Shown here: positions 1 to 7,735 of the stretch, one piece after another | How the letters are laid out: every line of letters starts with the position of its first letter | Position numbering within the stretch: the first letter of the stretch is position 1 | Origin: Gemmatimonadota bacterium | GTDB lineage: Bacteria; Gemmatimonadota; Gemmatimonadetes; Gemmatimonadales; GWC2-71-9 | Reading direction: 5' to 3' | Length of the DNA: 64,000 bases | NCBI GenBank assembly: GCA_036679605.1 | Contig: JAZDCZ010000398.1 | Span: 1-64,000 of the forward strand | The notes under the pieces: generated by a model | The model's database searches: none | What the model was told of the DNA's origin: nothing | The model's input: the letters and a program-made list of their open reading frames with translations, nothing else | Translations under genes and position numbers: made by a program

Positions 1-699
1 GTTGCGTCCGAATGGCAGAGGGCGAGAGCCCCGAACCAGCCCGTCTCGCACCATGCCCCATCGGTCCACACCAGAAAACATGCCTAGCATTCGGACTGGC
101 GTGCCATCCAAGTCCATCACCCCAACGGGCATGCTTGGTCGGTGAAGCCCCGGCTCCGGGTTGCCCCGGGGCCACCCGGCAGAGAGGAAGTATCCGTCGT
201 TCGAGCAACTCGAGATCCCATATGGTAGGGTGTTGTCCGGAAGCATGAGAGACCCCATGCGTATGAACCTGCCGGCCTCGTCGAATACGGTGATCCGCCG
301 AGTGCCGATGTCGTATGCGTAGACGGAGTCTGTGCCGCAGCGGACTGTCCATGTGAGGTACTGGAACTCACCTGGCCCTTCACCTTCGCGGCCGGCGGCG
401 CTGAGAAAAGCGCCGTTATCTGCGTAGTAGCGCAGCTCGTAAGTGCTCCTGTTGGCGATGACAATTCGGCCGTCGGAGAGGCGGTGCGCGCCCTCAACCT
501 TGTATAGAAACGTAAGTGAGTCACTTTCGCTGCCGATTTCGAGCAGGGGTGAGAGCCGCCACACCGCGACATCGCTGAGGCTGTTCTCCACGATCCGCAC
601 ACCGGCGCTGTCGCGAATCACGGCCGACGATCTCGATGAGCTGTCGCTGCCACAGGCCAGAGCCAAGATGGCGAGGAATGTTGCGGGTGTGCGTGTCAT
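1..699 (-). CDS. 6-bladed beta-propeller (NHL-like) lipoprotein, partial; runs off the window start
   Basis: Manual translation from ATG at 699: MTRTPATFLAILALACGSD...RDSAGVRIVEN...LSDGRIVIAN...AGREGEGPGEF; lipobox LALAC; open to position 1; not in the ORF track because it has no stop in the window. Confidence 0.8.
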   Translation of the reverse strand, partial: MTRTPATFLAILALACGSDSSSRSSAVIRDSAGVRIVENSLSDVAVWRLSPLLEIGSESDSLTFLYKVEGAHRLSDGRIVIANRSTYELRYYADNGAFLSAAGREGEGPGEFQYLTWTVRCGTDSVYAYDIGTRRITVFDEAGRFIRMGSLMLPDNTLPYGISSCSNDGYFLSAGWPRGNPEPGLHRPSMPVGVMDLDGTPVRMLGMFSGVDRWGMVRDGLVRGSRPLPFGRN

Positions 700-764
700 G
701 ATCGCGATTCCCAAGCGGTTATTGATTTACCAGCCGCCCCCCGTCCACCAACACTGAGCTTCCC

Positions 765-789
765 ACGCTCACAAAGATAATGTGAGCGT
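765..789. promoter_or_regulatory. Perfect 9-bp inverted repeat (ACGCTCACA-N7-TGTGAGCGT); possible operator or boundary site
   Basis: Seen directly between the divergent propeller gene and the ORF at 876. Confidence 0.4.
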
Positions 790-875
790 TATGAGTTGGG
801 GAACTATCGGAGGACGGGTTGGCCCTGGCGGGTGGGGCTTTATCGCTGTATTGTTGTGGCGCTTTCTAATCGAGA

Positions 876-1574
876 ATGGGTGTCGTGGCTAAGAGATCCA
901 CTAGAAGACGTGCGCTGGCCGACCCGAAGACTCAGTTGCCGACGGGTCTTGATAATGTGTTCTTTAGATCTCGATTACCGTACGCTCAACTCAAGTTCAA
1001 AGCACTCTGGAATGACTCCAAAGGCCGATTGGGTTTTGTACGACGTGATGAAACCTCGTTGCGTGGTGTATTGTCGGGGGGCAAGAGTTTTCCTGATTTT
1101 CATGCTCATATCTCGATAAGACTGATTACTGCGCGGCCGAAGAAGTGGCATGTGGTTTATAGTCTAGTTGCGGGGTCCATAGATACCCCGAGAGGAATCG
1201 CACAGTTATCTGGATACCTCCAGTCTTTGCGGAAATATCTAAGAGAACCTGAACGGATGTTCCCTGGAATTGTTGGTGCCACGTTCGAGTTAGATTCTAC
1301 TCGATGGAACCCGGTCATACCGCTGCCGTTTAGTAGTGTGAAGGAGATACCTGGATCACCTTCAATCGCTGGAGTAGATTTCTTGTTTCCAGGAGGGAGT
1401 GACGACCAGTTGCATCGTGCTTTTATCGCGGTGTATCCCGAATCCGAGGAGCTTAGGGTAAGATTCTTGGTCCGTCGGTCGATGAAGCTAGATGGTAAGC
1501 TCCCTCAGGAGTTGATCGGGGAAGCGAGTCAGCGTTTGCCGATCTTTGCGCAACATTCAAGGGGTGTCCAGTAA
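876..1574 (+). CDS. Hypothetical protein, first gene of AT-richer three-gene cassette
   Basis: 232-aa ORF; its stop overlaps the next start (TAATG); no family recognised. Confidence 0.7.
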   Translation: MGVVAKRSTRRRALADPKTQLPTGLDNVFFRSRLPYAQLKFKALWNDSKGRLGFVRRDETSLRGVLSGGKSFPDFHAHISIRLITARPKKWHVVYSLVAGSIDTPRGIAQLSGYLQSLRKYLREPERMFPGIVGATFELDSTRWNPVIPLPFSSVKEIPGSPSIAGVDFLFPGGSDDQLHRAFIAVYPESEELRVRFLVRRSMKLDGKLPQELIGEASQRLPIFAQHSRGVQ

Positions 1575-2260
1575 TGTCGACTGAGTTGCTTCGGGATCGG
1601 GTCAGGTTTGAGGAATCTCATGAAGAAGAGAGGTACTGGCATGTTCTTCACAGGGGCACGACGCACGATGTCCATCTTATCGATTGCAATGCGGGGCGTG
1701 ACTGGCTCCGAGGGCTGACTTCGCAACGGCAGACAGCAATCGGCCCAACGAGCCCGCAGCAGGAATTACAGCAACAGCTTGAAAATGTCTTCCAATCTTT
1801 TTCCGCTGAACTTGGTGGTGGGATACAGCTAGATGAACTAGCTGCGGTCGTCAATGAACTAGCGACGGTAAAGAGCCGTGAGCGATCCCTGCGGGCAGAA
1901 CTGAGGAGTTTGCAGCTTCAAATGGCTACCTTGGCAAAATCTGTAGAATCGGTTGTGGCTGACGGTGCGGAACCAGAGGTGGCACTAGAGGCCATTCGAG
2001 AGAACGTTGGTACACACGTGGAGAGCATCAGGGCGAGCGCTTTGGCTGCGTTTGGCGAGCCAGCAGACATAATAGTGACGGAGGCGCCAGACAGCGAATT
2101 GCCGATCTCGGTTAACATCGACCTAGGATCCGCAAATAAGGAGTTAGTGGACCAAGCTCGCGAGTCCGGTGCGCGCTACAAATTCTACTCCGATATTACG
2201 CAAAATATTCCTGCTGAAGTATTGGATTACGTAGGATTCGCTTTCCTCTTTCCTCAATAA
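1574..2260 (+). CDS. Hypothetical protein with central coiled coil and a C-terminal alpha/beta domain (possible degenerate MNT-like antitoxin)
   Basis: 228 aa; heptad-like ELAAVVNELATVKSRERSLRAELRSLQLQMATLAKSVESV; lies 10 nt upstream of the HEPN gene. Confidence 0.65.
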   Translation: MSTELLRDRVRFEESHEEERYWHVLHRGTTHDVHLIDCNAGRDWLRGLTSQRQTAIGPTSPQQELQQQLENVFQSFSAELGGGIQLDELAAVVNELATVKSRERSLRAELRSLQLQMATLAKSVESVVADGAEPEVALEAIRENVGTHVESIRASALAAFGEPADIIVTEAPDSELPISVNIDLGSANKELVDQARESGARYKFYSDITQNIPAEVLDYVGFAFLFPQ

Positions 2261-2270
2261 GCCCTTCGCG

Positions 2271-2681
2271 ATGTCTGGTTTCGATCCGTCGGAGTTCCTG
2301 GCGCTGGCCGAGGTCATTGTAACGGATGGAGGATCCAACAAGGCAGCGCGGAGGCGTACTGCGATATCCCGCTCATATTATGCTGCATTCTTGACTGCCC
2401 GTGAAGGGCTCCGGAAGATCAAGCACTACAAAGAACGAAAGGGTAAGCAACACACTCACCGGGACGTGTGGATTGCACTCAAGAGGAGCGACAGCACGGA
2501 ACTCAAAACAATCGGAAGCGCTCTATTTGACCTCCTGGCGCTGCGAGCGGACTCAGACTATGAGCTGAACAAGACAATCGATTCAATTGATGTTAGTGAG
2601 GCGATCGATATGGCGAAGAATATTGTGGCCGATTTGGAGACCGCGGACATGTCTAAATGTGCGGATCCTCGAACGGCATGA
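2271..2681 (+). CDS. HEPN domain protein (putative RNase toxin)
   Basis: Motifs RTAISRSYYAAF, HTH..VW and LRADSDY typical of stand-alone HEPN proteins. Confidence 0.8.
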   Translation: MSGFDPSEFLALAEVIVTDGGSNKAARRRTAISRSYYAAFLTAREGLRKIKHYKERKGKQHTHRDVWIALKRSDSTELKTIGSALFDLLALRADSDYELNKTIDSIDVSEAIDMAKNIVADLETADMSKCADPRTA

Positions 2682-2682
2682 A

Positions 2683-2757
2683 ATGGATTCCCAGTCAGTC
2701 GAGGGGGAGATGTACCGCACGATGAAAATCCAGAAATATTGGAGGCCCGAGGAATGA
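2683..2757 (+). pseudogene. C-terminal remnant of a DUF4258-type toxin
   Basis: Reads ...MYRTMKIQKYWRPEE*, resembling the VYRTSKIxKYW tail of DUF4258 proteins; its TGA overlaps the DUF2283 ATG (ATGA). Confidence 0.55.
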
Positions 2758-2951
2758 AGGTGTCCTACGATTCCCAGACCGACACACTGAGTATGGTATT
2801 CAGGCCTGATGTCCCTGTGGCCGAATCAGACGAGCCCGGGTCGGGGATCGTAATCGACTACGACGAGCACGACAATCTGGTGTCAATCGAAACCCTCGAT
2901 GCCTCCGAGCGGGTGGCCGAAGCAGATCGGGTCGAGTTCCAGTCAGTGTAA
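2754..2951 (+). CDS. DUF2283 domain protein (putative antitoxin)
   Basis: MKVSYDSQTDTLSM...GIVIDYDEHDNLVSIETLDAS pattern; GGAGG upstream. Confidence 0.85.
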   Translation: MKVSYDSQTDTLSMVFRPDVPVAESDEPGSGIVIDYDEHDNLVSIETLDASERVAEADRVEFQSV

Positions 2952-3015
2952 ACCGTCTGCGATCATGGCTTTGCTAGCTGCAGGTATACGTGTCACGATC
3001 GCGTCTCCGAAACGG

Positions 3016-5133
3016 TCATTGATTCACGAGCCGGCCACCGTCCACCAACACTGAGCCGCCAACCCTGACGGTAGCATCCGTGAAGAAAAACCACCGCACG
3101 CCCTCGCCGCGCACTTTCCCTCCCAACTCGGCGTTGTTGCCGAGGCTGAGGCGCACGACTCCGGCACCGTACCCATAGTAGGGAAGCCATGGCTCGTTTG
3201 CCGGCTGGACGAGCCGCGGATTGAAGCCGAGTCCGAACTCGCGGAAGCTCTGGAGTGCCGATGCTGCGTTCAGGGCCTCCCGTGCTGCATCCTCACCACT
3301 TTCCGCCGAGATCTGCGCAACGCGTCCTTGCTGGATGGTGAGACGGAGATCGGTGACACGAGTGTTTCCAAACCGCGCCCACGGAACGACGATGGTGCCC
3401 GAAACGGTTTCTTCGAGTGGTGCCACCCGGATGACACCGGCCGGTAGTTCGGTCTCGTGGTCGATGCGAATACGCGCGCCCGCAGCGGAACTCTTGGAGG
3501 CGTTACCGTTCTGCTTGTTGACGGGTCGCTCGCCGATACGGAATCTGATGTCGGTGCCGGCAGGCGTCGTTACGTGGACTTCGCCCGATCGCAGTAAGTC
3601 CACTGCTGTCGATTGGGTTCGATCCAACTCTGCGTAGTCGATGTCGAGCGCCGCCGCATAGATCGAGTCATAGGTGGGCGAGTGGTCTCCGATTATGCCG
3701 TCGGTTCCCATGGATCCACCTCCCCAGTGGAAGTGGATCTGCCGGCCGGCTCCCGTATCGAGCCAGCGGCCGAGCAGCTCGGCCTGGCTGGCGGTAGTCA
3801 ACGCGTTGTCGCCCGCTGGAAGCCAAACGTAAACCTCGGCCCGCTCCAGACGTCGTTCGAACTGCGGTACGTGTCCGTATGGCATGAGGTCGACGTTCGC
3901 TCCACGCGTGTCCATTGCGCGTGCCACGACATCCGGAAATTCCGCCATTGTTTCCGGATCGTATCGTAAGATCACGTTCTCTTCACCCAAGTCGAGCGCG
4001 TCCACAATGCGCTTTGCCATGGCGTCGTAGTCGAGCGATACGGTCGTGCTGGGAAACAGCGATCGATCGATTCCCGGGATTATCCTAAGGGCATTCTCGT
4101 AATAGACCTTACGAAGCACTGAGTCCGGTAGTTCGAGTCCGTAAAGGCGCCAGAATGCATGACGCTTTCTGTAATACTCGAAGTATTCGTCATCGGTCTC
4201 GAGTTCTCGAAAGTACACGTGGTATTCGCTGGGGCCCCATGCGTCTTTGCCGAACAGTACACGGTCCTGATACTTGACGAGCCAATCGTGTGCCGCTTTA
4301 GGTTGGCGGCCGAGTTCGGCTAGGACAGCGCCGAGTTCGGTGTGCATATTGGGCATCTCGTCGAAGAGTTTGCCGAGTCGATCCAGGTCGCCGCCGAGCC
4401 ATGAGAGGTGAGCCGAGATGAACTTCGTCTCCGGGTGCTTGCGGATGATGTTCCACTGTTCCTGCATGATCGTTTCCCACGGGGGAAAACGGTCTGGTGG
4501 GCGAATGCGGCGGGGGCGTTCCTTCAGTTCGAACCAGCGTTCGTTGTTCTCGTCCTGCGGTTCCCAAAACTGGTGTGGGTCGCCGGTGTGAATTAGTACG
4601 GGTATGCCCAACTCTCCGGCTTTGTCCCATACCGGATCGAGTCGCGGATCATCCGTACGAAGGCGGTCGCCGTTTCCGTCTTGCGCCGTCATACCGAGGT
4701 TCTTGAAGATCTTTAGTCCCGATGCACCCGCTGTGACATCTTCTTCCAGTTGCCTCACCGCCTTTTCGGTCCAATCGGGGTCGTCCAGGGTTCTGAGGTT
4801 GAGGTTCGCAAAGACTACGAACCGTCTGGGGTACCGTCCCTTCATGTTCTCGATGATTTGCCTGAGCCGCTCGCCCTGACGACCGCTCAGGTTAACCATC
4901 ACACCCATGTTCATGGCGTCCATCGCCTGGACCAACTCGTCCAGCGAATCGGCCGACATTGTACCGCGTGGGTGTGCGTGCGCATCGATGAATGGAAATC
5001 GGCTGCGGGTCAGTGGGTGTACCGGCACGACCAGGGTAGAGCGAGGGCTGTACTCGTCCACGGACATCTCCTGGGCGAGTGCCGGCGAGGCGATGGCCGG
5101 CGCTAGCGCAGCGAGCAAGAAGCGGTATTTCAT
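3016..5133 (-). CDS. Exported amidohydrolase (Amidohydro_2) fused to an M29 aminopeptidase-like domain
   Basis: Signal peptide; IDAHAH, GLKIFK, VLIHTGDP, SAHL and FGKD metal-site motifs; C-terminal TTPAGTDIRF...LPAG...EFGLGFNP. Confidence 0.8.
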   Translation of the reverse strand: MKYRFLLAALAPAIASPALAQEMSVDEYSPRSTLVVPVHPLTRSRFPFIDAHAHPRGTMSADSLDELVQAMDAMNMGVMVNLSGRQGERLRQIIENMKGRYPRRFVVFANLNLRTLDDPDWTEKAVRQLEEDVTAGASGLKIFKNLGMTAQDGNGDRLRTDDPRLDPVWDKAGELGIPVLIHTGDPHQFWEPQDENNERWFELKERPRRIRPPDRFPPWETIMQEQWNIIRKHPETKFISAHLSWLGGDLDRLGKLFDEMPNMHTELGAVLAELGRQPKAAHDWLVKYQDRVLFGKDAWGPSEYHVYFRELETDDEYFEYYRKRHAFWRLYGLELPDSVLRKVYYENALRIIPGIDRSLFPSTTVSLDYDAMAKRIVDALDLGEENVILRYDPETMAEFPDVVARAMDTRGANVDLMPYGHVPQFERRLERAEVYVWLPAGDNALTTASQAELLGRWLDTGAGRQIHFHWGGGSMGTDGIIGDHSPTYDSIYAAALDIDYAELDRTQSTAVDLLRSGEVHVTTPAGTDIRFRIGERPVNKQNGNASKSSAAGARIRIDHETELPAGVIRVAPLEETVSGTIVVPWARFGNTRVTDLRLTIQQGRVAQISAESGEDAAREALNAASALQSFREFGLGFNPRLVQPANEPWLPYYGYGAGVVRLSLGNNAELGGKVRGEGVRWFFFTDATVRVGGSVLVDGGRLVNQ

Positions 5134-5226
5134 TCTTTGGGTCCCGTCGTGAGATCAGCGGAGCAATTTAACGGACTGTCACGTAAGCTGCCTTTCGTCT
5201 ATCCGCCGTTGCCGTTACGATGATTC

Positions 5227-6144
5227 ATGTTCCTTCTGGTTCTCGCGCTCATTACTGCAGATACATCAAAGACGGTTCACATCACGGTTGCGCCGGGAGA
5301 ATGGTTGACCGTGACGACTGTGGGTCGAGGGGCACCGGTAGTGCTGCTCCCCGGTCTTTTCGGATCTTCTTATGGCTACCGTCATGTTATGGAGCTGCTC
5401 GACAGTGCCGGCTACCATGCAATCGGGATCGAACCGTTGGGAATGGGAACGTCCGCCCGACCGGAGGATGCTGATTACTCGCTTGCGGCTCAGGCTGACC
5501 GGGTAGCGGCGGTGCTGGATACGCTGGCCATTCGCCAAGCGGTTTTGGTAGGTCACTCACTGGGTTCGTCGATAGCCCTACGTGTTGCGTATAAGAACCC
5601 GGAAGTTGTGCGGGGCATCGTATCGCTGGAAGGAGGGGCGGCCGAATCGGCTGCGACGGCGGGCTTTCGCCGCTGGATGCGCTTCGCACCGCTGCTCCGG
5701 TTATTCGATGGACGCCAGATGTTGCGACGAACAATTTACAGCGCGATGAAGCGCGTGTCGTTCGATGACTCATGGGTGAACGGAGCCATCGTGGCGGCAT
5801 ATACGACCGGGCCTGCTAATGATTACAAGGGGACACTAAAGGCGTACCAGAGCATGGCACGGGCGAAGGAGCCCGAACTCCTGCGCGATCACCTTCGGGA
5901 GATCTCCTGTTCCGTGGTGCTCTTGGTGGGTCAAGCGGAGCACCAGTCCGGGCCCTCGGCGGACGAGTTAGCGTTGCTCCGCGAGCGACTGCCGTCGTTC
6001 ACGGTCGATACGATTGCTCGGTCTGGGTACTTCATTCAGGAAGAACAACCTGCGGCGGTGGTCAGTGCCGTGAGTGGGATTGGGGCAGAGAGTTGTAGTC
6101 CGGGAACCGCCCTGCGCGAGCAATCCTTGCGTGATATGTATTAA
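5227..6144 (+). CDS. Alpha/beta hydrolase fold protein
   Basis: VVLLPGLFG, GHSLG nucleophile elbow; C-terminal SGYFIQEEQP. Confidence 0.85.
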   Translation: MFLLVLALITADTSKTVHITVAPGEWLTVTTVGRGAPVVLLPGLFGSSYGYRHVMELLDSAGYHAIGIEPLGMGTSARPEDADYSLAAQADRVAAVLDTLAIRQAVLVGHSLGSSIALRVAYKNPEVVRGIVSLEGGAAESAATAGFRRWMRFAPLLRLFDGRQMLRRTIYSAMKRVSFDDSWVNGAIVAAYTTGPANDYKGTLKAYQSMARAKEPELLRDHLREISCSVVLLVGQAEHQSGPSADELALLRERLPSFTVDTIARSGYFIQEEQPAAVVSAVSGIGAESCSPGTALREQSLRDMY

Positions 6145-6164
6145 ATATACATATTGATACATAT
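6127..6164 (+). promoter_or_regulatory. Putative vapBC promoter/operator
   Basis: TTGCGT-17-CATATT; inverted repeat ATATGTAT(6134-41)/ATACATAT(6147-54) and a further ATACATAT copy at 6157-64. Confidence 0.55.
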
Positions 6165-6369
6165 GAAAACGACATTGAACATTGATGACGATTTGTTGGA
6201 AGAAGCACGACGATTGACCGGGGTACAGCAAAAAACCGCCCTGGTGCGGGAGGGGCTCGAAGCCTTGATTGCACGGGAGAGCGCTTGGCGCTTGCAGGAA
6301 TTGGGCGGCACCGAAAAGCAGTTGCGAGAAGTCCCGCGTCGGCGTCTACCTGGAAAACGCACGCGGTGA
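6163..6369 (+). CDS. vapB: VapB-family antitoxin
   Basis: MKTTLNIDDDLLEEARRLTG..KTALVREGL; overlaps the PIN gene. Confidence 0.9.
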   Translation: MKTTLNIDDDLLEEARRLTGVQQKTALVREGLEALIARESAWRLQELGGTEKQLREVPRRRLPGKRTR

Positions 6370-6728
6370 TCCTTGTAGACACCTCCGTGTGGGTGGATCA
6401 TCTACGACGGGGGAACCACCGGCTGGACGAGCTGCTGCAAGCGACACGGGTGACTTGTCACCCGTTCATCGTTGGTGAACTTGCCTGTGGCAACCTGAGA
6501 AAACGCGATCAGGTCTTGGGGAGTCTTGCCCGCTTGCCCCATGTGAGCTTGGCGGCGCACGACGAAGTAATGGAACTCGTCACGAACCGCCGGCTCAGTG
6601 GCACTGGAATAGGTTGGGTCGATGCACACTTGCTGGCGGCTTCGATGATTGCGGGTGTGTCGCTCTGGACTATGGACCGTGCGCTTGCAGCCGTCGCTCG
6701 GCGGCTGCATGTTGCCGCGGATACGTGA
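6366..6728 (+). CDS. vapC: VapC PIN-domain toxin
   Basis: GTG start at 6366: VILVDTSVWVDHLR...GELACG...IGWVDAHLLA...WTMD. Confidence 0.9.
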   Translation: MILVDTSVWVDHLRRGNHRLDELLQATRVTCHPFIVGELACGNLRKRDQVLGSLARLPHVSLAAHDEVMELVTNRRLSGTGIGWVDAHLLAASMIAGVSLWTMDRALAAVARRLHVAADT

Positions 6729-6758
6729 CTCGGCGGGCGTGGGATTGAGGTCTAGAGT

Positions 6759-7115
6759 TCAAAACGGCATCTGGTCGTCACCGAGCCCCATGTGGTGTCC
6801 CAGTTCATGGATCACCGTATGGCGGATTTCCTTTTGTATCGCCTCGACGGTGTCGCAGGAGCGAAGGATCGGACGGCGGTAGATGACAATGCGGTCGGGC
6901 GGGCCCGTGTGCGAGGCTCCCCTCTCCAGCAATGACATGCCTTGGTAAACGCCGAACAGTTCGTCGCGCTCGGGGTCGATGCCGAGTTCGTGCAACTCCG
7001 CCTGGTCGGGCTCCTCTTCAACCATAATCGCGACGTTCTTGAGCGTGTAGTGGAACTGTTCCGGGAGGCTCTCGATTGCATCGCGGACGACTGCTTCAAA
7101 GTCTGCGCGGTCCAT
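6759..7115 (-). CDS. Zincin-like metallopeptidase (Zincin_1/DUF1025)
   Basis: LFGVYQG...PDRIVIYRRPI...TVIHELGHHMG. Confidence 0.85.
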   Translation of the reverse strand: MDRADFEAVVRDAIESLPEQFHYTLKNVAIMVEEEPDQAELHELGIDPERDELFGVYQGMSLLERGASHTGPPDRIVIYRRPILRSCDTVEAIQKEIRHTVIHELGHHMGLGDDQMPF

Positions 7116-7132
7116 GGGCGGACACCTCTAGC

Positions 7133-7600
7133 TCATTGCTCTAGAGTCGCCACACACTCGATCTCCACCCTGGATCCAAGGGCGAGTCCACTGGTGCCGA
7201 ACGCACTCCGGGCGGGCTTGTTGGTGGGAAAGAACTCGCGGTACACTTCGTTCATTGCGCCCCATTCGGCCATGTCCGCGAGCATCACGGTGCATTTCAC
7301 CACCCGGTCCATCGATGAGCCATGACGCTCCAGAACTGTTTTGATATTCTCCATCGTTTGCCGCGTCTCAGGCTGGATGCCGCCTTCCGCTAGTCCTTGA
7401 CCGGTTACGGTCCCGATCCGGCCGGAGAGGTAAAGCATGTCTCCTACGCGGACGGCATCGGAGAACGGTAAATTGGCGGTCTCTCCGCCGGGGGAACCCA
7501 AGTATTCCGGTGCTTGGGTTGTGCTCTCAGGGTTCGGTTGTGGTCGGCATGCGGCGAGGAACGCCAAGGTGGCGGCTCCAAAGACTCGCATAGTCGTCAT
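7133..7600 (-). CDS. Rid (YjgF/YER057c/UK114) family protein with lipoprotein signal
   Basis: PFSDAVRVGDMLYLSG...MNEVY..FF...PARS...VEIECVA; N-terminal LAAC lipobox. Confidence 0.88.
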   Translation of the reverse strand: MTTMRVFGAATLAFLAACRPQPNPESTTQAPEYLGSPGGETANLPFSDAVRVGDMLYLSGRIGTVTGQGLAEGGIQPETRQTMENIKTVLERHGSSMDRVVKCTVMLADMAEWGAMNEVYREFFPTNKPARSAFGTSGLALGSRVEIECVATLEQ

Positions 7601-7735
7601 CGTAGGTCTCCTTGCATCGAAATATCGCTGGTAAGGAGTATTATATGACTCTGCACTGGTTCTACCAGGTGTCGAGTACAGGACTCTTTCGGATCACTCG
7701 CCAAGTCGAGGCGTTGCGCCCATCTTCTTGATCAC

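Noticed and set aside
12..757. Track ORFs 12..248, 117..602 and 443..757
   Set aside because: They are shadows of the real minus-strand beta-propeller frame (699 to window start)
745..805. Possible integron attC site around the inverted repeat
   Set aside because: No proper RYYYAAC/GTTRRRY pair, no further copies noticed and no integron integrase in the window
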